A stretch of 64,000 nucleotides of DNA from Kiritimatiellia bacterium (lineage in GTDB: Bacteria > Verrucomicrobiota > Kiritimatiellia > RFP12 > UBA1067): positions 23,500-87,499 of the forward strand of contig JBJEWD010000044.1 in assembly GCA_051884875.1 (NCBI GenBank), written 5' to 3'. The position numbers were made by a program, and so were the translations under genes. Under the pieces are notes generated by a model, which was not told where the DNA came from, did not search any database, and saw only the letters and a list, made by a program, of their open reading frames with translations. This document shows positions 44,890 through 54,552 of the stretch, one piece after another; position 1 is the first letter of the stretch, and the number at the start of each line of letters is the position of its first letter.

Positions 44890-45543
44890 TCAGACGAGCC
44901 TGCCGCCCTCCAGCGTCAGCCGGCGGTCGCAGACAGCGGCGGCTTCCTTCGAGTGGGTGACCATCACGAGGGCGGCGCGGCTGCCGGCGGAAAGATCGGC
45001 CAGCATCCTGAGGACGTCCGCCCCGGTGAGGGCGTCGAGGTTGCCCGTCGGTTCGTCCGCCAGCACGAGCACGGGATCGGTCACGAGCGCCCGCGCCAGC
45101 GCCACGCGCTGGCATTCGCCGCCCGAGAGTTCGCTCGGCAGATGATCCATGCGCTCCGCAAGCCCCACCTTCGCCAACAGCGCCGCCGCGCGTCGCCGCG
45201 CCGCCGCGCCCGCGCACCGCCCCCGGCGACCCGACATCGTCGGCAGGATGACGTTTTCGAGGACGGTGAGTTCGGGCATCAGATGGTAGGCCTGGAAGAC
45301 GAACCCGAAGTTGTCGGGACGGACGACCGTACCCGACGTCGGCTTGAGCAGACCGCCCAGAATGTGCAGCAAGGTCGATTTGCCCGCGCCCGAACGGCCC
45401 AGGATGGCGACCTTCTCGCCCGCCTCGACCGACAGGTCGACGCCTTTCAGGACCTCAATCGGCCGGCCGCCGGGAATGCGGAAGCTTTTCGTCACATGGC
45501 TAATTTCGAGGACAGGCATGGAGGGCTGTTTTGCATTATCCAT
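44890..45543 (-). CDS. lolD: Lipoprotein-releasing ABC transporter ATP-binding protein
   Basis: GRSGAGKSTLL, LSGGECQRVALARAL and LVLADEPTGNLD. Downstream of a LolC/E-type permease. Confidence 0.8.
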   Translation of the reverse strand: MDNAKQPSMPVLEISHVTKSFRIPGGRPIEVLKGVDLSVEAGEKVAILGRSGAGKSTLLHILGGLLKPTSGTVVRPDNFGFVFQAYHLMPELTVLENVILPTMSGRRGRCAGAAARRRAAALLAKVGLAERMDHLPSELSGGECQRVALARALVTDPVLVLADEPTGNLDALTGADVLRMLADLSAGSRAALVMVTHSKEAAAVCDRRLTLEGGRLV

Positions 45544-45549
45544 TGTCGA

Positions 45550-46773
45550 TTATTCATTGAGCGCCTTGACGGGATCTTTGGCGGCGGCCAGGCTGGCGGG
45601 GATCAGGGACGCGATCAGGCCAAACACGAACACGCTCGCCACGGTCCAGACCACATCGGAGAAGATGATGCGGTGGGGAATCTCGGCAAGGCCGTAGATC
45701 GCCTCCGGGAAGACCTGCATCCCGAGCCGCCCGAGGAGATTGACGATGCCCTGCAGATTCGCGAGCACCGCCCAGCTCGCCAGCAACCCCAGCACGACGC
45801 CCGCCGTGCATTGGATGAGACCGTGGATCACGAAGACGGACATGATGCGCAGACGACCGAAGCCCAGGGCCTTCAGAAGCCCGATCTCCGGCGTCTTCTG
45901 CACCGTGAGGACGAGGAGCGTATTCATCACGCAGAACAGGGCGACGAGCGAAATGAGCGAAAGGAGAACCGCCGTCATGTTCTTCTCGACCGCCAAGGCG
46001 CTGAAGAGCTCGCTGTCGGCTTCCTGCCAGGTCGTCAGCCGCAGGCGCGGGCAAACGGCGGAAACCTGACGGCAGATCGCCGCGAAACGGGCGTGGTCGG
46101 TCGGCGCATCCGTCTTGATCTGCACGGCGAAAACGCCCTTTTCCAGCCCCATCAGCTCGCGCAGGTTGTAGAGGCTCGCGACGACATAGCCCGAATCGTA
46201 TTCGTAGTGTCCGCTCGCAAAGATGCCGCTCACCCGCCATTTCACGGGCAGAAAGACCTCGTCCTGTTCGGCCAGGGTCTTGGGCGAATAGACCGCCACT
46301 TCATCCCCCACCCGTACGCCGAGCTGCCGCGCGGCATGGCGTCCGAGCACGATCGAATCGCCGTCCAGGTCATAGGAACCTTCGACGGGCGGGCCGATGC
46401 GGTAGCCTTTGAGCAGGTCTTCGCCCGCCACGCCGAGGATGACGGGCGCGAGCACGCGGCCCCGGCAGGAGAGGAGCACGCGGGTATGGATCTGCGGGGT
46501 GACGCAGGTCACGCCCTCGATCTGCCGCAGACGCGGAACGAGTTCATCCTCGCCCGTGACGACGTTGCCCTGGTACGGCGAAAGCGAGATGTGCGGTTTG
46601 AAGTCGAGGATCTTCTCCTCCCACATGTCGCCGAAACCCGTCATGACGCTGCGGACGATGATCACCGCCGCCACGCCCAGCATGACGCCCAGAACCGAGA
46701 CGCACGCAATAACCGAAGCGACGGATCGCTTCGGTTTAAGGTATTTACTCGCGAGAAAGAGCGGGAAATACAT
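45550..46773 (-). CDS. lolE: Lipoprotein-releasing system permease (LolC/LolE, FtsX-like)
   Basis: 407 aa. MacB/FtsX topology: one N-terminal TM, a large periplasmic domain, and three C-terminal TM segments ending KDPVKALNE. Confidence 0.8.
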   Translation of the reverse strand: MYFPLFLASKYLKPKRSVASVIACVSVLGVMLGVAAVIIVRSVMTGFGDMWEEKILDFKPHISLSPYQGNVVTGEDELVPRLRQIEGVTCVTPQIHTRVLLSCRGRVLAPVILGVAGEDLLKGYRIGPPVEGSYDLDGDSIVLGRHAARQLGVRVGDEVAVYSPKTLAEQDEVFLPVKWRVSGIFASGHYEYDSGYVVASLYNLRELMGLEKGVFAVQIKTDAPTDHARFAAICRQVSAVCPRLRLTTWQEADSELFSALAVEKNMTAVLLSLISLVALFCVMNTLLVLTVQKTPEIGLLKALGFGRLRIMSVFVIHGLIQCTAGVVLGLLASWAVLANLQGIVNLLGRLGMQVFPEAIYGLAEIPHRIIFSDVVWTVASVFVFGLIASLIPASLAAAKDPVKALNE

Positions 46774-46775
46774 AA

Positions 46776-48458
46776 TCAGATGTCAACTTCGATGGAGACG
46801 TCGCCGCCCTTGTCGACCGCCGCCGCGCCCGAATCCGCTGCGCCGACGTCGGCCGCCGCAGCCGTCTGCGTCGTCGGCAGGTAGCGGTAGTATACCATCA
46901 GCTGTAGCGCCACGAGGCACGTGTCCATCACCGGACGCGACGTCTCCGCGTCCTTGTTCACGAAGTGCCCCTGCTTGTGGTCCTTGCCCGACCAGTCCTT
47001 CACCGGCTCGGGATCGTCGATGATGCTCTTCGGGTAGAGCAGCTTCATCTCCTTGTTCCAGTTCTGCCACGCCACCTCGTCCTTCTTCTGCGCGCCCTGC
47101 TTCATACCCGCCTGGTACTTGCACTGCGTCGCGTAGTAGCAGTAGTATTGCGGACTGGGACCCGGATTCTTCTGCGACACCTGCGGCCCCTCGAACGCCG
47201 GGCGCCAGTCGCGCATGTAGTCGAGCGCCGAGGTGACCTCGGACTGTCCGCCGAAGCCGAGGAGCTGCATCACCAGGCATCCCGTCGCCGTCAGACCCGT
47301 CGGGTTGCCACCCGCCGTATAGTTGAAGCCGCCATTCTTGAAGTTGCGCGTCTTCAGGCAGTGGATCGCCTTCTTGATGCACGCATCAAGTCCCTCCGGG
47401 TGGAGGCCCGCCATCTTGCCCGCCTTCAGTGCCTGCAGCGCCCAGCCCGCGAACGACATGTCATCGCGCGTCGACTGCGGGTTGATCTTGTAGTCCCACC
47501 CGCCGGTCGGCGACTGGCCCTTCACGATGCGGTTGAGACACACGTACGCCGCGTCCTTGCAGTTCGGGTTCTTCGTCATGCCGTACGCCTCGCAGAGCGC
47601 ATAAGTGGCGATCAGAAAGGCGTATTCGTTGCCATCCGCACCGCGCATCGTCACCTTCGCCCCGTCCTGGTTCACGGCGCCGAGGAGGTAGCTGAGCGCC
47701 TTCTGGACGACGGGACCGAAGTCCTTCTGGTACGGCGAGGGCGAACCCGGATACTCGCCGTGCGCGAGGTACGTGAGCGTCGCCAGCGCCGTGTTGGCGA
47801 GGTTGTTGCGCCCGTTCCACGAACCGTCGCTATTCTGGTTCTTCTTGAGCCACCAGAGGACCTTCATGACGCACGCCTCGGTCGTCGCATCGCCATAGCC
47901 GGCGCCGCCGCGCGTCGCCGCGCCGATCGCGCCCGGAGTGCGGCTGCCCGTCATGCACTTCATCTTCACGGGCGAGTCCACGAACGCGACCGAATCCTGC
48001 GGGGCGGGCTTGACCGACACCTGCGCCGAGGGCGGCGAGGCGACCGGGGTGATCTCCGTGACGGGGCCGGGATTGGGCGTGTCGACCTGGACATCGACCT
48101 CCTCCATCGGCGGCGGCTCGATGTCGTCCGGCGGCGGTTCCTCCTCCACCTCCTCGACCTCCGTCGCCTCCTCGACCTCCGCGACCTGCACGTGCCGACG
48201 CTCGCCGCTGTCGCCGTCCGACAGCGTCAGGATCGCCGTCACCGCGACGAACATCACCACGAAGACGATCGCCGACAGAGGCGCCGCCTGGCGCTGCAGC
48301 TCGATGCGTGCGCTTTTGTACGCTGCCGTGTCGGGCGGCTGGCCGAGGCCGCGGAACATATCCGCCAGACGCCGGAAGTACCCTTTCGCCTCGTACTTCT
48401 CGGCGATGGCCTCCAGGTCGATCGCCTCGATTACTTCCTCTTCCTGCTCCATATCCAA
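46776..48458 (-). CDS. TonB-like anchored protein: N-terminal TM, acidic/Pro-rich linker, C-terminal prenyltransferase/terpene-cyclase-like alpha/alpha-toroid repeat domain
   Basis: TM LSAIVFVVMFVAVTAILTL. Linker EVEEVEEEPPPDDIEPPPMEEV...PAPQ. Repeats NSDGSWNGRNNLANTALATLTYL, SPTGGWDYK and KNGGFNY. Sits directly after two exbD genes. Confidence 0.7.
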   Translation of the reverse strand: MDMEQEEEVIEAIDLEAIAEKYEAKGYFRRLADMFRGLGQPPDTAAYKSARIELQRQAAPLSAIVFVVMFVAVTAILTLSDGDSGERRHVQVAEVEEATEVEEVEEEPPPDDIEPPPMEEVDVQVDTPNPGPVTEITPVASPPSAQVSVKPAPQDSVAFVDSPVKMKCMTGSRTPGAIGAATRGGAGYGDATTEACVMKVLWWLKKNQNSDGSWNGRNNLANTALATLTYLAHGEYPGSPSPYQKDFGPVVQKALSYLLGAVNQDGAKVTMRGADGNEYAFLIATYALCEAYGMTKNPNCKDAAYVCLNRIVKGQSPTGGWDYKINPQSTRDDMSFAGWALQALKAGKMAGLHPEGLDACIKKAIHCLKTRNFKNGGFNYTAGGNPTGLTATGCLVMQLLGFGGQSEVTSALDYMRDWRPAFEGPQVSQKNPGPSPQYYCYYATQCKYQAGMKQGAQKKDEVAWQNWNKEMKLLYPKSIIDDPEPVKDWSGKDHKQGHFVNKDAETSRPVMDTCLVALQLMVYYRYLPTTQTAAAADVGAADSGAAAVDKGGDVSIEVDI

Positions 48459-48466
48459 TCCTTCCT

Positions 48467-48904
48467 TTACATCGTGAAGACGCTCACGCTGTAGAGTTCG
48501 TTCTTATAACAGTAGTCCAACACGTCCACCAGCACCTTGTGGGGACTGTCGGAGCTGCAGCGGATGATGATCGGCGTCTTCTTGTTGACGCGCGCGATAT
48601 CCGCGAGATTGCGGTCGAGCTCCGCACGCGCCTGCGCGGGGTTGCCGGGCCCGAGCTGTTTCTTGTTGTAGACGATGGTGCCGTTGGCGGGGTTTCTGCC
48701 GCGCGCAGCGCCGAGCTGAATCTCGACCGTGATGTCCTCCGACGAACTCTCGGACGAGGCGGCCGGGGCCGGGCGGTTGACGTTGAGACGGGAGAAGATG
48801 TTCTGCTGCTCGATCGTCACGACGAAGAAGATGATCAGCTCGAACACGACGTCGATCATCGGCGTCATGTCCAGCTTCGGGGCGTCCTGTTGCTTTCGTG
48901 CCAT
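48467..48904 (-). CDS. exbD: ExbD/TolR-family protein (second copy)
   Basis: Start MARKQQDAPKLDMTPMIDVVFELIIFFVV at 48904. 145 aa. The ORF-track extension to 48985 was rejected. Confidence 0.85.
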   Translation of the reverse strand: MARKQQDAPKLDMTPMIDVVFELIIFFVVTIEQQNIFSRLNVNRPAPAASSESSSEDITVEIQLGAARGRNPANGTIVYNKKQLGPGNPAQARAELDRNLADIARVNKKTPIIIRCSSDSPHKVLVDVLDYCYKNELYSVSVFTM

Positions 48905-48905
48905 G

Positions 48906-49397
48906 TCACTTCCCCTTCTTGGCGCGGTAGGGCGCCAGACGCGTCCGCGGATGCTTCTTGTCGAGATCCTCCGAAATCGCGACAAACGAAAGCTGCCAGA
49001 TTTGGGCCTTGGTGCAGGCGTCCATCACGCGGCGGACACTGTCGTGCTTCGTCTCGAAGTCCGCCCGGATGAGGATCGGGAACGGTGCGCCGCCGCGCTG
49101 TTTCCGGCGCGCCGTCACGCGTTCGTAGACCTCCTCCGGCGTCATCGTCACGTCGCCCATCGAGATGCGGCCGTATTTCTCGCCCTTCTTCTCCTTGGCG
49201 ACGTCGATGACCATATATCCGGGCGGCAGCTCGTCCGCCGTCAGGATGATGCCGTTGCGCCCGTCCTCCAGCTGGATCGTCTCATCCTTCTTGTTGGCCT
49301 CCGTCAGCGTGACCACGAAGAAGATGATCAGTTCGAACACGACGTCGATCATCGGCGTCATGTCCAGCTCCGGATTTTCCTGTGCTCTTCTAGCCAT
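48906..49397 (-). CDS. exbD: ExbD/TolR-family protein (first copy)
   Basis: MARRAQENPELDMTPMIDVVFELIIFFVV. 163 aa. Confidence 0.85.
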   Translation of the reverse strand: MARRAQENPELDMTPMIDVVFELIIFFVVTLTEANKKDETIQLEDGRNGIILTADELPPGYMVIDVAKEKKGEKYGRISMGDVTMTPEEVYERVTARRKQRGGAPFPILIRADFETKHDSVRRVMDACTKAQIWQLSFVAISEDLDKKHPRTRLAPYRAKKGK

Positions 49398-49427
49398 GTT
49401 TCACCTGTTTGGCGGTGGGGGATGGGC

Positions 49428-50249
49428 TTAGGCGGGCATCGCTTCCGCCGTAGCCTCGTCCGCCGCGACCTCGACGTTGCGGAGACCGTTCAGCAGTTCC
49501 ATCGTCACGGCGGTCATGCGCAGGATGAGGCGGTTGGCCTTGTTGCGGAGCGAATAGAAGAACGCGATGGCCGGGATCGAGATGACGAGACCGCCCGCCG
49601 TCGTGTAGAGGGCCTGACCGATCGAGCCGGCGAGCGCGGCCGCATCGCCGGCGGCGCCGGATGCCAGCTGCGCGAACGTCAGAATCATGCCTTCGACCGT
49701 ACCCAGGAGGCCGAGGGACGGGCCGAGATTGCCGCAGACCGAAATCCAGTTCAAGCGCTGCTGGATCTTCTCCTGCTCGAGATCGGACGCCGCCGTCACG
49801 GCCTCCTGGATGGCCTCGAAGCCCTCCTCGACGTGCTGGAACGCCGCCGAGACGATCGAACTCATCGCGGACGGATTCGCCTCGCAGACCTGCAGCGCCT
49901 TGACGACGTCGCCCTCGGCCATGGCCTGCTGGACGTTGGTGACGACGAGCGCGGGCATGAGCTTCTCGGGGGAGATGAGGATGGCGTTGTCGATGATGAA
50001 GTAGATCGCAAGGCCGAGGTCGGCGAAGATGACGAACCACAGGAGCGTGCCCAGCCAGTCGCCGCTGAAGACGACCGACCAGAATCCGCCGCCGCTCTTC
50101 TTCTGCTGGGAGGTGTTCTGATCGATGACGGCACCCGATTCATCGGTCAGCGTAGGGCCATCCGCGAAACTCCGGTAAGCCGCAAGCGGCGTGGCGACGG
50201 CGCCGAAAACGATCATGAAAGCCAGCAGCGATTTCTTGAACTTGCTCAT
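49428..50249 (-). CDS. exbB: MotA/TolQ/ExbB proton-channel protein
   Basis: 273 aa. LGLLGTVEGMILTF and ALYTTAGGLVISIPAIAFFY motifs. Confidence 0.88.
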   Translation of the reverse strand: MSKFKKSLLAFMIVFGAVATPLAAYRSFADGPTLTDESGAVIDQNTSQQKKSGGGFWSVVFSGDWLGTLLWFVIFADLGLAIYFIIDNAILISPEKLMPALVVTNVQQAMAEGDVVKALQVCEANPSAMSSIVSAAFQHVEEGFEAIQEAVTAASDLEQEKIQQRLNWISVCGNLGPSLGLLGTVEGMILTFAQLASGAAGDAAALAGSIGQALYTTAGGLVISIPAIAFFYSLRNKANRLILRMTAVTMELLNGLRNVEVAADEATAEAMPA

Positions 50250-50297
50250 TGGTAATGATTCCTTGGGTTGGTGTATGGATAGGGTTGGTTCGAGTTT

Positions 50298-51074
50298 TTA
50301 AAGGGTCTTCGCCTGGGTGCGCATGCCTTCGGCGCGCGCGGCCATGCCGAGCTTGTCGAAGCTGAGCGCGGCCTTCTGCATTGCGGCGACGCGGGCGTTG
50401 CGGCACGGCTCGTCGGGATACATCAGCGCCACGCGGAGATAGGCCTCGGCCAGTGCCTGGCGGTGCGCATCGGGCGTATCGCCCGCCGTCGTCAGGATGA
50501 TGTCGCCGCGCATCACGGTCGCCTCGGCGGCGCATGCGCGGTCGCCCGAGGAGATCGCTTTGCGCAGGCAGTTCTCAAGCTGCGCCGTCTTGTTGAGCTT
50601 CAGCAGCGACTGCCAGTAGGCGGGCGCCAGATCGCCCTTCCACGCCGCATCCTTGTCTTCGGCGATGATCGACTGCGCCGTCTCGTAGGCCTTCTGCGGA
50701 TTGTTCGCCGCCAGATACGCCTCCACGAGATAGCGCCCCGCCGGCTTGTCCCACACGAGCATCCGGTAGTCCTGGACGATCTTCGTCAGCCCGCCGATCG
50801 CCGCGCCGCCCTGACCGCGGGCGACCAGTTCGACCAGCTTGTCGAAATTCGCCGGCTTTTCGATGTCGAGGCGTTCGACCGAATCGAGCGGATACTGCGC
50901 CTGGACGTCCGTCTGGCCCTTCTTGTAGGTCAGCACGTAGGATTTCGTCCTGCGCTGCCACGTGATGTCACCGCGCCGCTGATCGGTGCTGGTCTTGATC
51001 GTGCCGGGCATCGCCCACACGGACGACGCCGCAAGCGCGACGACGGTCGCCATTGCGAGTTTATTCATTTGCAT
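50298..51074 (-). CDS. Hypothetical secreted protein (helical/TPR-like C-terminal half)
   Basis: 258 aa with signal peptide MQMNKLAMATVVALAASSVWA. Overlaps the stop of the upstream TPR gene. Confidence 0.6.
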   Translation of the reverse strand: MQMNKLAMATVVALAASSVWAMPGTIKTSTDQRRGDITWQRRTKSYVLTYKKGQTDVQAQYPLDSVERLDIEKPANFDKLVELVARGQGGAAIGGLTKIVQDYRMLVWDKPAGRYLVEAYLAANNPQKAYETAQSIIAEDKDAAWKGDLAPAYWQSLLKLNKTAQLENCLRKAISSGDRACAAEATVMRGDIILTTAGDTPDAHRQALAEAYLRVALMYPDEPCRNARVAAMQKAALSFDKLGMAARAEGMRTQAKTL

Positions 51075-54000
51075 TGTCTCCTTCAGATTCCTTTTCCTCC
51101 GCCGCAGATGCCTCCTCTGCGACCGCTTCTTCCGGGGTCTCCGCCGCCGTTTCGGCCGGCTCCTCCCCGTCCTCCACCGCGGCCGGGGGCGCCGCCGACG
51201 CCTCTTCGTCGGGCGGCATCACCGCCCCCTGCGCCTTCGCCTGGTTGACGGCGTTCTGCACCGCGAGGCGTTCCTTCCCGTTCGGGAACAGCTCCAGGTA
51301 TTCGGTGCCGTACTTGAGGGCGAAGCCGAGGTTGTTCGCGTCCCCGAGGCGCACGAAGAGCGGGATGAGCGTCTCGTAGCTGCGCTCGAGGTTGGCGAGT
51401 TCGCCCGCCGACATCTTGTCGATCGGTTTCTCCTTCGTCGCGCGGTGCGCCTGAAGGAAGGCCATCAGCGAACCCGCCGCCTTGCCGCAGGTCTCGAACG
51501 CCTGTTCCTTGAGGCCCATCGCCTCCTCCGCGTTCATGCGGCGGATCTGGACGTCGACCGACATGAGGTTCACGGCCTCCTGCTCGTGGAGCGGCTTCTG
51601 CTGGCGCTTGTAGATGCCGCGCAGCGCCTTGACCGACCGGATGGCCTGGCCGAAGTCCTTTGCACGAATCTTGTCATCCTGCTGCTTGCAGCCCTGCTCG
51701 GAGGCGACCTCCGCCATCAGCTTGTGCGCCTCGGCCGCGATCCCCATGCGCGCCATCCGCTTGTCGTCGAGGAACTTCTGCAGCGCCTCGCGCGCCTCGT
51801 CCAGCGACTTCTGCCGGTAGAGCGCCTTCGCCAGGCCGATGCGCGCCTTCGCGACGGTCGTGAACGAATTCGTGCCCGCCTTCTCGATCGCCCGCTCGAA
51901 CGCCTGGTTCGCGAGATCCCAGCTGCGGGCCGTGATGAGCGCCTCGCCGGCGTTCACGTACTGCAACGCCGAGTAGTTGGCGTCGTTGAACTTGAGCATC
52001 TCGCCGTACAGCTCGGTGCCCTCCTTGACGAAGCCCATCTCGATGAGGTTCTTCGCCAGGCGCGGCTTGGCGTTCTTCGTCTCCTCCGCGTCCGGAAACT
52101 CCTTCGCCAGGCGCGTCAGCGCCTCCTTCGACCGCTCCGTATCGCCCGTGGCGGTGTACATCGCGCCGAGCTTCACGTACGCGGCCTTCGCGTACCGCCC
52201 CTGCGGATAGAGACTGACGTAGTGCTCGAAGTTCGTGATCGACTGCGCCCGGAAGGCGGGCAGTTTGTCAGCCGGCTTGGTAAGGCGGCCCCAGCAGTCG
52301 CCGACGAGATAGAGCGCGCCTTCGCGCAGCTTGTCGTACTGCTTCTTGTCGCCCGGCGACACGGCCGGATCGGCGAGCGCCTTGTCGGCGTTCTTGGCGA
52401 AATCGACGAACTGCTTGATGCCGCGGATGATCTGCGCGTTGCCCGCCTTGACCTGCGCCTCCTGCGCTTCGGGCGGCTCGAGCGTCTCGGCGGCGGACAG
52501 CATCTCGAAACCGTCCTTCTGATAGAGGATCGCGAGCTGCATCTGCGCCTGCATGCGCTTGAGGGCGTGCGTCTCGACCTTGCAGTACTTGTTCATCGCC
52601 GCGATCGCGCCCTTGCGGTCGCCCAGCTTCTCGCAGCAGACCGAGAGGTTCTGGAGCGCCGTCGTGTAGAACGTCGAGTTGGTGTAGGTCGTGTCGATGA
52701 TGTTCCACAGCGCGACGGCATCGGCGTAGAGTTCCTTCTGCTGCGCCTCGCCGGCGAGCGCCGCCGCCGTCGTCGCCGCCATGATGTGACGCGTGTAGTT
52801 GGTGAGAAACGCCTTGTAGAGCCGGTCGGCGCGCGAGAGGTTGCCGTGCGACTTCTCCGAGGCCGCCACGCGCAGCATCGCCTCGCCCGCCAGGTTCATG
52901 AGCTGCTTGTTCGCGCTGCCCGCAAAACGCTCGGCGAGATAGCCCTCGACGGCATCGGCGTCCAGCCGCCAGTCCGCGACCTTCGCATCCTTGGGATTGC
53001 GGAGGATCAGGTTCTGATAGGCCGAGATGATGCCTTCGATCGCCGGAATCGACTCCATCTCCTCCGGATAGGACGCCAGCGCCTCGAAGTAGTCGGCGAT
53101 CGCGCCGCTGTAATCGCCCTCGCCGAGCTTCTCGCCCGCGCCGCGGAACTGCATCTCGCGGACCTTCTGGTCCTGCTGGGGCGTCGTCTTCTTCTTGATC
53201 GTGGCGCCGTAGGTCTTGATCGCGAGATCCTCGACCTTGCCGGCGAGCTGACCCGCCTTCGCCGCCCAGGCGGATTCGGGATACTGGTAGTAGACGTTGA
53301 CCGCGTGGTTGTAGGCGCCCGCGCCGTTGCGCTTGCCGTTCTTGCCCTTCGCGCCGAACATGAGGTCCTTGATCAGGTTGTCGTCGCGCTTGGGCTTCTT
53401 CATCTCGGCCTGGATCTGCGTCCAGTACATGTCGGCGAGCATGAAGCGGCAGAGCGGCATCGGGGACTGGCGCAGCAGCCCCAGGCGGCCGTTGGGGTCG
53501 AACTCCTGGATGCTCTTGTGGAGCTCGGCGAGCTGATCCATGTAGTCGTCGATGGTCGCCTGGGCGCGGGAGATATCGCCCTTCAGCAGCTCGATGTTGG
53601 CCTTCATCGCGATGGCGCGGCCGAAGTACACGGGCCGCCCCTGCTCCCACAGGAGCTGGTCGACGAGCTTCTTCGCACCCGCGAGATCGGCCTTGCGCGC
53701 GTCGGGCGTCGGCTTGTCGCTCGCCATGCGGAGGTAGAGCTCGCTCGTCTCGCACGCGACGTTGCACCACGTGTTGGCGTCGTCGTCGTTCTTCTTGTCG
53801 AGGTACTTGAGCAGCATCTCGTAGCGCCGGGCCGCCTCGGCGTAGTTCTTGTCGGCGATCAGCAGCTGGCCGTAGGCGTAGGACGCCTGGAGATAGAACT
53901 CGCGCAGGCCCTTCGGCGGCGTCGGGAACTTCTTGAAGAACTCGCCGTAGATCTCCGAACACTCCTTCTTCCTGCCGCGCATGAAGTAGTTGTTCGCGAC

Positions 54001-54363
54001 CTCCAGCCGCGCCGCCCAGTACTTGCCGCCGTTGCGGTCGGGGAGCGCGGCGATCTTATCCTCCGCCTCCTTGAACTTGCCCAGCGAGAGCATGCCGCGG
54101 ATCTCGAGGGCGAAGAACGCCGCCTCGGATTCAGGCCACTTCTTCTTCGTCGCGGCGACGATGATCTCGGCGAAGTCCGGGAGGGCGTTGTCGATAAGGG
54201 TCTCGACGTAGCGGATTTCGGCCTGCAGGGCCTCGTCCACCTTGTTCTCATCGGCCTCGGCGGCGGCCGCCGGCGCCGCCTCCTCCGCGTGCGCGGAAGG
54301 CACCGCCACGGCGGACAGGACAAGTGAAGCACACCCGACGAACTTTGAAAGCTTGCAACTCAT
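51061..54363 (-). CDS. Large secreted TPR-repeat protein (1100 aa) with acidic C-terminal tail
   Basis: Signal peptide MSCKLSKFVGCASLVLSAVAVPSAHA. TPR-like A/Y/L helices run throughout. Tail EEASAAEEKESEGDNANE. Confidence 0.8.
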   Translation of the reverse strand: MSCKLSKFVGCASLVLSAVAVPSAHAEEAAPAAAAEADENKVDEALQAEIRYVETLIDNALPDFAEIIVAATKKKWPESEAAFFALEIRGMLSLGKFKEAEDKIAALPDRNGGKYWAARLEVANNYFMRGRKKECSEIYGEFFKKFPTPPKGLREFYLQASYAYGQLLIADKNYAEAARRYEMLLKYLDKKNDDDANTWCNVACETSELYLRMASDKPTPDARKADLAGAKKLVDQLLWEQGRPVYFGRAIAMKANIELLKGDISRAQATIDDYMDQLAELHKSIQEFDPNGRLGLLRQSPMPLCRFMLADMYWTQIQAEMKKPKRDDNLIKDLMFGAKGKNGKRNGAGAYNHAVNVYYQYPESAWAAKAGQLAGKVEDLAIKTYGATIKKKTTPQQDQKVREMQFRGAGEKLGEGDYSGAIADYFEALASYPEEMESIPAIEGIISAYQNLILRNPKDAKVADWRLDADAVEGYLAERFAGSANKQLMNLAGEAMLRVAASEKSHGNLSRADRLYKAFLTNYTRHIMAATTAAALAGEAQQKELYADAVALWNIIDTTYTNSTFYTTALQNLSVCCEKLGDRKGAIAAMNKYCKVETHALKRMQAQMQLAILYQKDGFEMLSAAETLEPPEAQEAQVKAGNAQIIRGIKQFVDFAKNADKALADPAVSPGDKKQYDKLREGALYLVGDCWGRLTKPADKLPAFRAQSITNFEHYVSLYPQGRYAKAAYVKLGAMYTATGDTERSKEALTRLAKEFPDAEETKNAKPRLAKNLIEMGFVKEGTELYGEMLKFNDANYSALQYVNAGEALITARSWDLANQAFERAIEKAGTNSFTTVAKARIGLAKALYRQKSLDEAREALQKFLDDKRMARMGIAAEAHKLMAEVASEQGCKQQDDKIRAKDFGQAIRSVKALRGIYKRQQKPLHEQEAVNLMSVDVQIRRMNAEEAMGLKEQAFETCGKAAGSLMAFLQAHRATKEKPIDKMSAGELANLERSYETLIPLFVRLGDANNLGFALKYGTEYLELFPNGKERLAVQNAVNQAKAQGAVMPPDEEASAAPPAAVEDGEEPAETAAETPEEAVAEEASAAEEKESEGDNANE

Positions 54364-54372
54364 GATGAGATA

Positions 54373-54401
54373 AGTATACTATTTGACAGGGTTTTGCGCA
54401 A
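54373..54401 (-). promoter_or_regulatory. Putative promoter of the TPR/Exb operon (very short or no leader)
   Basis: Minus strand reads TTGCGC-17 nt-TATACT, with the -10 ending 9 nt before the ATG at 54363. No SD is visible. Confidence 0.35.
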
Positions 54402-54552
54402 GCGGAAACATTATCCCCCATACGGACGATGCGGCGAGCGCCGTTCGCGCGCGCCCGGGCGGTGCCGCCGGCGGTGCGCGCGAGGGAGGGCAGAAGACCC
54501 TGCGCAAAGCACACTTGCGCAGGGTCCGGGACGGAGCTGTTCGCGCAGCCGA

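Noticed and set aside
54496-54526. The perfect 12-bp palindrome as an intrinsic terminator of the kinase gene.
   Set aside because: No U-tract follows on the minus strand. It is more consistent with an operator or a member of the TGCGCAGG motif family, and is reported under that finding instead.
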